Positions 1-12,575 of a stretch of DNA of 64,000 bases are shown here, one piece after another. The notes beneath the pieces are model-generated. The model ran no database searches and had not been told where the DNA came from. It saw nothing but the letters and a program-made list of their open reading frames with translations. Position numbers and translations under genes: made by a program. Origin of the DNA: Podarcis tiliguerta. Lineage: Eukaryota. The stretch lies in assembly GCA_965153285.1 (NCBI GenBank), contig OZ229115.1. One strand, given 5' to 3'. Numbering within the stretch: position 1 is the stretch's first letter; every line of letters begins with the position of its first letter.

Positions 1-1473
1 GGGTTACTTTTTGTCAAACAGTGGTGGCGATGGCGGTTGTTAACCCATATTCACTAGTGGTTAAGAGTGTGTACAGCATTTATCAAAACTTTCTGCAGCT
101 TCTTTCATCTCATTAGCATCTCAATCTCTATTCAGTAGTTGATGTCCGTTACAGCAAGAGTGCTCAGTTCTTGTTTTCAATAAGCTGGTTGTAAAATGTC
201 AGACTGTCACTTGCAATATAAAAAAGCAAAAATGATGGTATTTGAAAAAAATGTTACACCTCATAAAAACAAATTGTAAAGACATGAAAGTGATCTTGGT
301 ATGTTTTACTTTTCAGGACAGTTTAGCACAGCTGCTTTAAATACCAGTTGTCTGGATTCCCACACTTCCCTACCAATGGAGAGGTTTACACAAGCATAAT
401 TTAAGTTACAATTACCCTAATTAACATCTTATTTGCATAAATACTTGAAAGCAGAGCAACAAAGAAATGCCTTAGAAGCTGAACCCCAGTGGAGAAATGT
501 GTTTTCACTGTGTTTTGGAAAATATAGGCCATTATGTTTAAAGTTTCAGGCATAATAAAATAAACTGAAGTTCGATGGTTAATATTTTTATTACAATTTG
601 GCCATGCCCCTTTTTACTTACTAGGTGTTAAATTTGAGAGGGAATCTTGCAGGAATTCAAGACACATAAAACTGTCACACTTTTTAAAAAACTATTCAGA
701 GATGACAGAAGCCTTCTCGTTGATCAAAAATAGCATTAATTTTCTTTTCCTTTTTTTGTATGAGCAAAAATACTGTGGGTGCCAGTCTAGTTCCAATCAT
801 ATTAAGTGGTTGGACCATGAGAATCATGTTTGAAATCTTTTCTTTCAAAAAATATTCATAGGAACTGAAGCTCAGTATTTAAAATGATAGTACAATGGAG
901 TTATTTTCTCTTTTCTCAACTCTTAAAGTGAGATGTTTATAGCACTGTAGGCTGGGGCCCACTTTTGATTCTGAAAGTTTTTTCAGACTTCCTGAGGTCA
1001 TTGCAAATACTGAATCCCACCTATCATATATCCATACTCAGAAAAGGCTTTTCCAAAAGCAAAGGATCACAGGATCTGAATTGCAGAAATGAAACAGTTT
1101 GCTGCTTCTGGGGCCAAAAACATTAATTTTAAGTGTGACTTTAAATTTATAAAACTTGAAGAATACAATTGGAAGTAGGTGCAGATGAAAAATGCTAATT
1201 TTGAACTTCAGTGGAACCTCCGTCTTGTACATTTATATTTTGTGATTATTTCTTGAGTTAGCTGGTGGTACTTCTGATTTTTCTTATTTTATATTGCTGA
1301 TGTATGTTATATTATTACTAGGTTTCCATTTAGGTACATCTTATTGTAATTGTTATGGCCTTTGACTAGCATGAATTTTGTGATTATTGCTCCTGAGATA
1401 CCTAACTTAAGAGCAGCAGCTCAATTATAGAAACAATACTTTGACTGCTAATACAAACTGATCACAGGATTTT

Positions 1474-1656
1474 GGGGGAAGTGCTCAGTGGTTGAGTATC
1501 TCATTTGCATGCAGAAGGTCCTAGACTCAATGCCTTCAATTTCTAGGTAGGGCTGGGAATATCTTCTGTCTGAGACTCTGGGGAGCCAGTGCCAGTCTGA
1601 GTAAACAATACTGAGGTGGATTGACCAAGCCATTATGCCAGATTCCTACGTTCCTA
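1474..1656 (+). mobile_element. Squam3-type tRNA-derived SINE (diverged)
   Basis: tRNA-like head (GCTCAGTGGTTGAG...TTTGCATGCAGAAGGTCC), body GGTAGGGCTGGGA...GCCAGTCTGAGTAAACAATACTGAG and a TTCCTACGTTCCTA tail. A related copy lies on the - strand at 43615-43812. Confidence 0.75.
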
Positions 1657-1892
1657 AGAGTCTGGATTTGATACCCCGCTTTATCACTACCCTAAGGAGT
1701 CTCAAAGCAGCTAACAATCTCCTTTCCCTTCCTCTCCCACAACAAACACTCTGCTAGGTGAGTGGGGCTGAGAGACTTCAGAGAAGTGCGACTGGCCCAA
1801 GGTCACCCAGCAGCTGCATGTGGAGGAGCGGAGACGCGAACCCAGTTCACCAGATTACGAGTCCACTGCTCTTAACCACTACGCCACACTGG
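1657..1892 (-). mobile_element. Squam2-type tRNA/CORE SINE, near full length
   Basis: The reverse complement starts CCAGTGTGGCGTAGTGGTTAAGAG (A box) and has GGGTTCGCGTCTCC (B-box-like), CORE-like GCTGGGTGACCTTGGGCCAGTC and an L2-like 3' end (GCTTTGAGACTCC...AAAGCGGGGTATCAAATCC). Confidence 0.8.
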
Positions 1893-2239
1893 GAGAGAAA
1901 CAGACCTCTAGTTTGTAATGAATATACTGCCCAGGATAAAGTTAGAGTTTAATCAAAGGCTCCTGAAATAAGTAAAAGTGTTCCCTGCAGATTCTCACTT
2001 CTAAATCAGGGCATCTTATACTTTTATCAAAATAATACCTTCCCCAAAGGAAGAAGGAAGACAAGGAGAACTCGGTATGGGACTCCCTATACTTAATGTA
2101 ACAGGCAGCCTTATCCTGTTGAGATATAGGAACTCTTTAAGTAGTAGCTTGTGCTGCCACATCTAGTGCAGTATTCTGGCAGGCTGGCTAAGAGATTAGT
2201 ACTCCATTGCAGTGACTCATAGGATTAAGGTGAAACAAA

Positions 2240-2821
2240 GGCTCAATTCACACATGCAGACATCTGTTTGAATGGCTGCTTGTGGCACAGCTCCTCATAG
2301 GCATTCCATGTAGTCATCAGAGGCCCTTCTTCAAGTGCCTCCTCCAATAGAGGTCCAGACTAGGGTAGTAATGTGAGAAAGGGCCTTTTTTGCAGTAGCT
2401 CCCCATTTGTGGAATGCTCTCCCTAGGGAGGTTTGCCGGGCGCCTTCATTACATATCTTTAGGCACCAGGCGATAACACTGCTCTGTAACCAGGCCTTTG
2501 GCTGATCAACATGGGTTTGTGGGAGGGAGGTTATTGGTTTGTTTTTGCTCTTTTTTAATGATGTATTTTGTGTTCTCATTTTGTATTTTTATGTTGTGAA
2601 CCACCATGTGATCTTTGGATAAAGGGCGGTATACAAATTAAATAAATAAAATTGATTGATTGTGTGAAGTGGCTTTCCATGCTGTTCAGGCATGACAAAG
2701 CCTCCAGGGTTGCAAGAAGGCCTGGTTACTTCACACATATGGCTTACTATATGGACCTGTGTCTATGCAGATGTCTTATAACTAGCCACCAATTTTGGTG
2801 GCTGCATGTGTGAACTGAGCC
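2240..2821. mobile_element. Non-autonomous DNA transposon (PIF/Harbinger-like) interrupted by an L2 fragment
   Basis: 20-bp TIRs GGCTCAATTCACACATGCAG (2240-2259) and CTGCATGTGTGAACTGAGCC (2802-2821) with 1 mismatch, flanked by AAA on both sides (possible 3-bp TSD). Confidence 0.5.
2310..2650 (+). mobile_element. L2 LINE 3' end (truncated, decayed)
   Basis: AGGGCCTTTTTTGCAGTAGCTCCCCATTTGTGGAATGCTCTCCC encodes RAFFAVAPHLWNALP (L2 ORF2 C-terminus). It is followed by a T-rich 3' UTR and GGGCGGTATACAAAT(TAAA)n. Confidence 0.75.
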
Positions 2822-3245
2822 AAAGCCAACCCCATTCACCCCAAAACACAATGCAGTTGGTAGAATTTAGTATTGGCCTCCCCACGATAGGATGAAGCAG
2901 GAAACATCCTAGGAAAGTGAAATTTTTGACTGACTATTTGGTAAAGTCATACAGTTCTTAATCCTGCAGAGTTAGGATGTAAAGCTGATTCTTTTAGCTT
3001 CTGGCCTGAACAAGATATACACAAAAGATTTGCTGAATGCAGAGTGGATAAAGGAGGAGTCTGTGCCTTGCCTAGCATCTGTTGGTACTTCCTTACCGAG
3101 ACTTCCTTACTATTTGAGACTGCTGATTCTAAAGATGTTCTGGGATGAGATCTGACCATTTAAAAAATCTAATTAATATTAAGCTGCAGTTGCACCTTTT
3201 CCTTAAGGGTTATAAAATCAGTTCACTGAATGGATAGGGCAGCAG

Positions 3246-3246
<1 letters not shown>

Positions 3247-3291
<45 letters not shown>
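3247..3291. repeat. (CT)n microsatellite
   Basis: About 22 perfect CT units. Confidence 0.95.
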
Positions 3292-3297
<6 letters not shown>

Positions 3298-4100
3298 GTT
3301 AATGAAGTATTGATCCTTTCCGTAACTGATTATAGTGTCTGTGCAACCACTGACCTGGTTAGACTGCTTTTCAAAAAACTTCTTGCCATGTGAACTGGCC
3401 TGAATAACATCTAATCACATTTATTCCACTTCATTTCTGATTAATTCCGTTCAAGGTACCATATCAAGGTAATAAAAATGAATGGATTAAGAATTGGGGC
3501 TTAGTATATTAAAAATCAAAACATAATCACAGAGCTTTTTCAGTGTTTATGTCTAAAGGGAGGTATGTGTTTTTCATCCTATGCAAGTACAAACCCTTTT
3601 TTGGAAGTTGATCTCTTTATGATGGCATTTACTTTTGATAAGCTGTCTGCTAGAGGTGTTTATAGTTACAGACGGTTATGATATTGCTAAATGTTTTAAG
3701 TCCTGTATTATCTTGTTATAACTTGTCATTATTTAACGTAATAAATTTTAGTCTACCTGAAGAAAACTGTGGTCCATTGAAATAATTTAATACCTACCCA
3801 CTCATTGGTCCCAATTTAACATTATTAACTATTGGTTTTCTTGCATTGTTCTTAGGAACAATTGCTTAGTGCAGTCTTCTTTTAACTCATAATTTAATCA
3901 TACAATGTGTGAATTTAGTAAACCAAAGATTATAGTGAATTAATAATAGTGAACCAACTGACCAGAGTTGAACTGCAGTTCTATTCCTATAAAACTTAAT
4001 TTAAAACATATAATTGGTGTTATATGCTATGTGTTTACAGGGTATTAGTTTTGATTTTTCTCTTGATTATACATCATTAGTCTGTAGTACCATTCATTAA

Positions 4101-4170
4101 CAGCACAATCTTGCATATGTCTACTCAGAAGTAAGTCTCATTCAGTTTCAGTGGGTCTTATAGGATTGCA
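4101..4170. mobile_element. Short palindromic squamate MITE remnant
   Basis: CAGCACAATC...CTACTCAGAAGTAAGTCTCATT...AGTGGG...TAGGATTGCAG. A related copy is in the opposite orientation at ~58357-58430. Confidence 0.45.
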
Positions 4171-4557
4171 GACTTAGTGATGGTCGTTCATTTCAAACAT
4201 GTAAGATCTGAAATTAAGGAATAATACTGGAAAGGTATATATAATGAAATTAGACTAAACCCCAGTTTTCCATATCTGTAATGTTTGTACATAGAACTAC
4301 ACTCCATTTAAAAGGGACAGAGTGTTTCCATTAAACTACAAATCCTTAACAGAAGTTTGATCCACACTATTTTCCTATCTTTTTGAAGCACTGGGTGAAA
4401 ATACCACATGCATTCTAACCACTGTTATTACTAATGGGAGTAGAGTACGTAAACGTCTGGTGCTTTTAAGTTCAAGAGCTTGTAGTGCCTAAATGTAATG
4501 TATGAGTCTGATGGTCAGCAAAGTGTCTTCTTCAGAAATGTTCCTTCTTTTGTTCAG

Positions 4558-4668
4558 ATCTCAAACTTACAGCCTGTTAAATCCCCAATAAAAGAAAATA
4601 ACTGTCCAGTTTTCCATGTGTTAACTAAAACAAACAAGGACAGAAGATTCTTTGAGCTGTTTCGGCTG
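4558..4668 (+). CDS. Internal coding exon of an unidentified large gene (ISNLQPVKSPIKENNCPVFHVLTKTNKDRRFFELFRL)
   Basis: Strong acceptor TTCCTTCTTTTGTTCAG|ATC and strong donor CTG|GTATGT. The length is 111 nt (37 codons), open in phase 0, with no recognisable repeat. Confidence 0.7.
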
Positions 4669-7311
4669 GTATGTTGATATGCAGGAACAGGATGCACAAT
4701 CTCCCTGTGCTTCCTGTTCTTACACAACATTATCATGTCTCAAATATGAACTTTGTTACTTTTATTACCAGGGACATGCAAAAACTGTGTGTATGTGAGG
4801 AGCTTGCACATCTTCCAGGTTGGGGTGTGTGTGTGAATATTGGGTGTGACATTGTCACAGATGAACAGGAAGTATGGGAAATGTCTGCATCCTGTCCTGT
4901 ACAACAAGGTATTATCCAAAGCAACTCACAGCCTGGGGATAAGCAGATCAAAGAGAAAATGAAGAAGACAAGGTATACTGTATTGGTACTAGAATCGTAT
5001 GTTATGATGTTACAGTAGTAGGAGATAGATAATTAAGAATAAAAAGGAGAGGCATTGTATAATGGTTCCAAACAACCTGGCTTCAGATTCTGCTTCGTCA
5101 TATTTAACCCATTAGAGAAGCTAAAAAGAGAGTAACCTAAACTGATTCTAAATAGTATTCACACTTTCCAGGTTGGTGGCAGCAACCAATTTGGAGCTCT
5201 TTTGGCCTCACCATGCCCCATCTTGGTAAATGCCCTGCTGCGACTGCCAGGAGGCTGCTGCTGCTGCTCCTACCCTAACACACACACACACCATGGCTCG
5301 GCACCACCATGCTTGGCACTGTTTTGACAAATGCAAAAGTGCCCACAGTTCTGCGTTACAGTTATGCAGCAACAAGCAAGGTGTGAAAGAAAGCTGCTGG
5401 AAGAAGCTGACAACAGGAAGCAACAAGGAGGAGGTAATTCTTAACATAATCAAGTGCTTGTGGTCTTAAGTAAAGTTGATGTCCAGCTGAACTGAAAATA
5501 ATCTGCATGAAATTAGAGAAATGTTTATTTATCACATTTGCATCCCAACCTACTTTTACCGCCTTCAGGACAGCTTATATGGTCTTATATACTGATCTTC
5601 ACAAGAACTCAGGAGGGTTATATTTATGGCAGATGTGGAATTTGAACACAATTCTCTCTGGTAATACCCTATCTATCTACTCTATTATACTGACATGCTT
5701 AAGAACTCAAACTGTCCAAAATGTTTGCCTGTAGTATGCTATTTCTTTTATTCTGACCCAAATTTATGAAATTGCATGTGCAAATCAAGTCTTTATTATG
5801 GCTAGCATCCTTTCCTAAATGTCCAGACTAGATTTTCTGGGTGGCAGTGCAAAGCATCATTGCTCTTCCTCTAGGCTTGATAATTAAATATTGGTTAATA
5901 GATTTGGGTATTGTTTATCAACGAAACACTATAAGGGAAGCACAGTAAAGTTAAGTGATGCTGTAAAGTGTTTAGGAGGGTGAAATTTCTGTTTGTCCCT
6001 CATTAGAAGCAGCTGTAAAGGAATACAACTTATAATCATTTTACTCAAATAAATTGTCATTATGGTAGGTACACTTTTTATTTTTATTTGGCATGAGTAG
6101 TCTGACTTTTGTTTATTTAAGCAATTAGCATACCTGAAAAAGCTATTTTTGATATTTAATTATTAGCAAGGGTTTTTTTTGTGTAGAAAAAAAAGCAAAA
6201 CCATTCATCCAAAATTATAGACACCAAGTACCAAACTGCAATATCCTGACTCATATTGCTTTATCAAAAGCATTGCCAGTTTTCTGCTTTAGACTTGATT
6301 GGGCATAAAAATATCCCTGCACAGGGACATTTTTATTACCTCATTTGGTTTTAGAGAACTTTGCTTGCAAGTGTTTATAGTGGTGTATAATAACTAGAGT
6401 TGCAAATATCTCAAGAATGGAGATTAGTTGTAAATATGACATACCTAGTATTCCCAGAAGTGATTCTCATCATCCACCTATGTGATGTCTCCCACCTCCC
6501 AATACTGTATTTGTTGGTTAACTCTCTAAACTGCAAAGCACCCATTTTTGTAATATCCAGTAATCAGCTTCTTATTTCTGCCTCTTGCGTCCCACAGTTC
6601 TCTTGACAGAGGTTTTGGCATGACAGAGTGCAGAAGGCCTCCCCATATTTGGACATTATGGCAAGCTCAGCCACTGGCTCCCTTTTCTCCAATAAAATTT
6701 CTGGTTATTGCACTGCTGCTGTAATTTCCAAAGAAGACTTGTTCAGCCAAGTTTCACGAGTTAGATGTATATCTGAAGATAGGCAAGCCTCTTTCAGACA
6801 TTTCTGCAGAAGTGCAACAATTGGACGCATGAGATACTTGCATGTGCAAGTGGTTGTGTTTGCTCTGTTGTTTTAAACTTGAAGTCTTTAGGTCTTGATG
6901 GTCATTGACCAGCTGCAGGCATGGACTGAATGCTACCCCTTACAAAAATAATAATAATAATGCATATATGGAAGACTAGATTTCTGGGAGCAGGATTCCA
7001 GTCTATCCCCCCTCCCCTCCCATTACATAGGAAAATGTTTTTCAGGGGATCTGAGGTAGGGAACAGGAGAGGTGACCATGGAGGGAGATGTTCTGTAAGC
7101 ATTTGCTTTGAATTGTCACAAAACCCATGGGCCTTTCTGGATGTTCACTTGGAGCATTCACAAAGACTGACCCCTTTTTCAGCAGTGAATTATGCTGGAT
7201 AGGTTTTTTCCTGGTTTGGGCACTGTATATGGCATACATCCCTGGGAATGACAGATTTGACCAAATGCAGTGTGCAACTAAGTATTTGTGAGGAAGGGAG
7301 AAACGACGTTA

Positions 7312-7541
7312 CAATGGCACCTCAGGTTACAGACACTTCAGGTTACAGATGCTTCATGTTGCAGACTCCGCTAACCCAGATGTTCTTGGGTTAAGAACTT
7401 TACTTCAGGATGAGAACAGAAATCATGTTCCAGTGGCAGCAGGAGGCCCCATTAGCTAAAGTGGTGCTTCAGGTTAAGAACAGTTTCAGGTTAAGAACGG
7501 ACCTCCAGAACAAATTAAGTTCTTAACCTGAGGTACCACTG
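7312..7541. mobile_element. Tc1/mariner (pogo/Tigger-like) MITE, copy 1
   Basis: TA|CAATGGCACCTCAGGTT ... AACCTGAGGTACCACTG|TA, with the same internal sequence as the other copies in the window. Confidence 0.9.
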
Positions 7542-10500
7542 TATATTGCTCTCTTCTGTCAGGGAAAGAAAGTGGTAGTAGTGCTGCTTTGATTTCATTT
7601 CCTCACCACACTATTTTAGTTGTTGGTTTTTAAGTCCCAGATAACATTGTGTTTGCATACATCATGTGTCTGTGGACTGTCTTGTTCTGAGAAGTATCAT
7701 CTTACGGAGTGCTGTCAAACATGCCTCCCCATACACATGCACACCAAATTAGTAAGTGGGAACATTCTGTTCCATAGTTTAGTCTTTTGTCTTTGGTCAA
7801 TTCATATACTTTCTCATTCTACTTCTAAATAGCCACATGTGCAAAGAATACTCAAGTTACTGAAAAAAATGTCAACCATATGTAACATACAAGAAGATTA
7901 GCGGCAATAAAACTGAATTAATTGTGGTTTTGGCAGTCAAGGCAGCATAAGGGCCATATTTTAGAGTTTTAGGCAAATCCACATGTATCTCAGAGTTCAC
8001 TATAGATCTGCAGTATGTGGGGCTACTTAAATGCACATCCTGCTTGGTAGTCTGGCCTGTCATTCAAAATGGATGGCAGGAAACTAACATCTCGGAGGTG
8101 ATGATAGTGCTATAGATTTTAATTCTAATGCCAGTCATACTGGTTGAGACATGTTCTGATAAACGAAAAATGAAAATTTCAAACATTCTTTACTGCCTGC
8201 TGTGTATCTTGGCAAATAATCATCATAAGGATTTAGCATATAAAAATTCCAAGGAGCACTCTGGCATAGGTTTTTAAAATAAGTGTTTCAGAATAGCATA
8301 CTGTAAGTATGGACTTATGCCCTTAGACCCAAGAACTGGCTGTTTCCTGTACTTGCGCAATGATAGGGAAGGTTTTGACTTTAAAGGATGGTGGTGGTGA
8401 GCATTTTCTTTTCCATATATGATTATGGGAAATGTTCGTGCTGATAGCTTTTGGGATTATGGGTTATTCTCCTGTTTACTTTTTTGAAAAGAAAATGTTA
8501 TCCATTTTCTCTAAGGCAAATAAATTGTTTCTAAATCTCTGCATATAGATAGCCCAGCTGATAAACAGTTTCATAAACAGAGAATGCTGTCTGCCCAAAG
8601 CCAGCATCAGATATGCAGTGTTAGTCAAACGAAGACGATGAGAATGAGGAATAGAGAGAAAGAAAAGAAAGATATCTGTTGGTTTGCTATTAAACTGAAG
8701 TTCCAGATTCTTGCTTGAACATGTCTGAGTTCAAATGAGGCAACTTTCAGTGCTTCACCAAGTGCTTAAATTTAGGTGACGGAAACACTACTTTGCTAAT
8801 TTGAGCGGAATGTTTAAAACAAAGTGTTACTGTTTAATCTGAGCACATGACGTGCGAATGAATGTTTGAATGAAATGACATAATTGTTGGTTAGTCTGTA
8901 TAATTTAGAGAGGGGGCCTATCTGAGCACAAGTTTCAGTTCATAAGCATTCGGAAGAATTCTCATTTTGGAGGGAGAAATTATTTGCCTTCAAAAACAAG
9001 AAGTACAGCCTTCTTCTTTTCTCATATTTGTCAGCCTTTAAAAAATAAAGATATATCTCAGACTTGCTTATATCCATGCCTTTCAGCTGAAGAGCATTTT
9101 TCTTAACCTCTTTCCTCACATTGCGTATGATATTTAATCCATCATGTTAACTTTAAACAATAATACACAAGCTGTTGCTGGCAGTAGCATAAAACTGATG
9201 GTCCATCTGGAAAGCAAAAACACTGATCAGGGAAATAAGAGAATTAAAACTGTTTAGGGGTATATTTGCATGAATTAAAAGAAAAAGAACCCAGAATGGA
9301 GAACATTGTATTTAATAGTTTTTTAACAGGCAGTTTATTAATTGTTTTGTGTTCTCGCTGAGAGGAATTCCTAACACAAAATACACTTATTTTCCAGCTA
9401 GCCATTATTCTTAGAAGGTTGCTGTTGTTTTTTAAAAAGTAATAATGCTTAAAAACCACTGTCAAGAGAGTTATTTTAGCTCGTAGAATACATAGTCAAG
9501 GATTCTGTGCAAAATGTTGCATTTTGTATTCTTTTTCATGACTCATAGAGGAATAATAGAGACAAGATCCATCAACCAATTTGACTCTAAAGGTTAAGAC
9601 AAGTAGTTACAGGGGGCTTTAAATACCAGCTGTAGGATAAGTCAAGTTTCATATTGAATAGTTCTTTTTAACCAATCAAGAAGCTTGACTTTAGAAAAAG
9701 CAGCACAAGAGTACTGCCCTTTAAACAATGAAGGGGCTTTGCATCACAACCCACAATGGTTCATATTATGCCTATGCAGTAGACATCAGAAGAAAACACA
9801 ATTATGAGATTAAAATCTTTTAACATATTAATGTTGGGTACAATCCAGCAAAATTTAAGCCTCAAGTCCCATGGATTTAATTTAGAATAATTGAAGAACA
9901 TGTATAACTCTGGTATCAATACGACCTAAAAAGTTTCATTTATGGTTGTTAGGACTGTCACTGATCAAAAGTGAGTGTTCCCATATTCTGGAATAAAATA
10001 CATCTTCCATTCCTTACGTTGTTTTGCCAGTAGATTTCAGGTTTCTTGTCCAGTACATTTTATGATAATTTTTTTGCCAATAGTTTATTTTGAGGGCATG
10101 AAGCGGCACTATAATATTTTGCTGATATTTTTTGTATCAACATGTATGGGGCATGTATTTGTGTAAACCACCCCTTCCAAAAAATACTACAGCTACAATT
10201 TTAAAATTTATTCCGTTGTTAGGAAAGTTGTTAGCCTTTGATTTTATGAAGACATCAGAAAGCAAATAGGCAAATTATATAAAAAAGGAGATTTTTAAAT
10301 AATAATAATAATGAGACTTGCTAAACATCTCTGATGATTGTACTGAAATATATGCTTTTAGCTTTAAATGACTATACATACAGTGCTGTTGAGATAGTGG
10401 AAAATTTTACACTGAGGAATGGCAGTAACCCAAGTTACCTGTAGGATTTGGAGTCATATGGAAACACTTAAGGCACAGTGGAAAACTTTTTGAAATACAC

Positions 10501-12556
10501 TGGAATGAGTTAGCAGCATTATTCAGTAGAAAAAGGAATATGGATTGCACCAGTAAGAAATATTACACACACGCATACCCTTTGAGATATATACTTCAAG
10601 TCATATGCTGGTATTTATCCAGTTTTTCATTTATATTTTACAAGCAGCCTGCCTATAGAAGTTACACACTTTGAAAGGTATGACTTTTGTGCTTCCTAAG
10701 ACTCTAGAAGAGTAGATAATAATAATATAATCCAAAATGTTTATGGTGCTAGATGCCAGAGCATCTGTCCTCTTCACAATAATTAAAACTGACTTATCCA
10801 TAAACAATAAATAACAGGCTACCCACTCAGGCAGCCAGAAACTCACTGCCACATAAGCTCACTAGCTGCACCCATCTGCCAAATAAAATCCTCCTTGCTG
10901 CCTTCTATTGTCAAAAAAGGCCTGACTAAATAAGCATGCCCAGGACTGATACGGTCTGATTCTTTTCCGTAGGTCATTCTTCAGAAGGGAACCTTGGCCA
11001 GCTCTTCCTTTTCTGAGGGTAGTCATAAGTCCCTCTGCTTGACACCCATTCTGTGTGTCCCAAAGAACAACAAAAACTCCATTCTGTTTTATTAGGATAA
11101 ACCAACAAGTACCTCTTTTTTCCTTATGTAATTTAATTAAGTTATTTATTACCAACTTTTTGGAAGACAGGAGTGTAGGGGGGTGGGAGCTACCTCTTGA
11201 ACCCTAGGGAAGAAGTGACTTAATGACTAGAAAATAAAAGAGAATTTGCTTGGGAAAACTGTGGAATTAAAGTTCCAGATGAAACATGCACCAGTGATGC
11301 ATAACATTTTTGTTAATTGGGTCTTAACAGGTTTCCCACTCACGCTGCAATCATTTTAGAAATGGGTCACACTAGGCAGCGCCGGCAGGGTATCCCTGCA
11401 GCTTATAGAACATTTGCCTTGCAGTAAAACGGCATCTAAATTTGGGCTCATCTGATTGCGTAGTGAATATGCCTGACTTCAGGGGAGCTACACCAATTTG
11501 TACCCATTTGATGAGCTTGTTGCCTCTTTACAGCTGGAAAACCCAATCCGCAGCGTACTTGGCCTTACGAGCCCCATTAGTGTGTGTAGAGTTGGCATCT
11601 GTACAGAGCTGCTACTTAAAACAAGAGAATGTCTTAAGAACCTGTCTGCATACATCCAAACCATTTCGATAATAAGAACGGTTTGGATAATTAGACTCGA
11701 TGAATGAGAGACCTGGGTCCATGACCTCACAGAAGTAAATAAATAAATAAATAAATTTGCCCCTTCTGCAATCATTACAGGGTCCATGCCGCTAAGGGGA
11801 GAATGTGTAATGCCAATTTCATGTATCAAAGTGAATTCAGATATTCAAGTAGGCATCATCTCAGAATACACGTGGAGGATAAATTTGCCCAGATAATGAT
11901 TTCAGTCTGTGATTACAAGTATATTAAGAGACAACTGTCTTTCCATGCATTGGTTTGAAGGTTTTATAGAAAACCCACCAAAACACCTCTTAAGCATTCA
12001 GGGATAGTAGAGTTCCACAGAGGACCATAGCACTTGCTTGCTCAAACAGTTGAATCGGCTGACTTGCTACAGCCAGTATGAAAATGTGCAATAGATGCCA
12101 ATCCCACAGTAGGAATCTTATTTTATTATCCCAATCTTTCCCCACTGTGTGTTCTGAGTTTCTGGGGTAAACTCCAAATTTATACTCAAAGGAGTTCAGA
12201 AGTTTCTGGATTTTGCAATCCCTGCCTCTTTCTTACATTATTTAAAATGTTTAAAATGTTGTATTAGTTACAACGGATGAAGGGAGTTTGTATGGTTAAG
12301 ATGCCAATTCCACATCTCTTATTATTTGAGTGAATGAAGGGCTCTGGTTCTATTACAGGCTTATATTTGTCCCAGTTTACATATCCATCCTATATATTAG
12401 CCTATACTCTGCCATAGGAATGATTGAGTAGCCATTTTTACCTGTTAGACTTCGTTCTCCCCAAATGATGTGCCTGGGCTACATTGCTTAAGATTTTAGA
12501 GATGGGGTTTGTGTCATAAGATTTAATGCCCTTCTGTACACAAAAAAAATCTGACG

Positions 12557-12575
12557 CTATGATTCTATGATTCTA
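12557..12575 (+). repeat. CR1-type terminal octamer repeat (isolated)
   Basis: CTATGATTCTATGATTCTA, matching the tail of the CR1 at 47418-48149. Confidence 0.35.
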
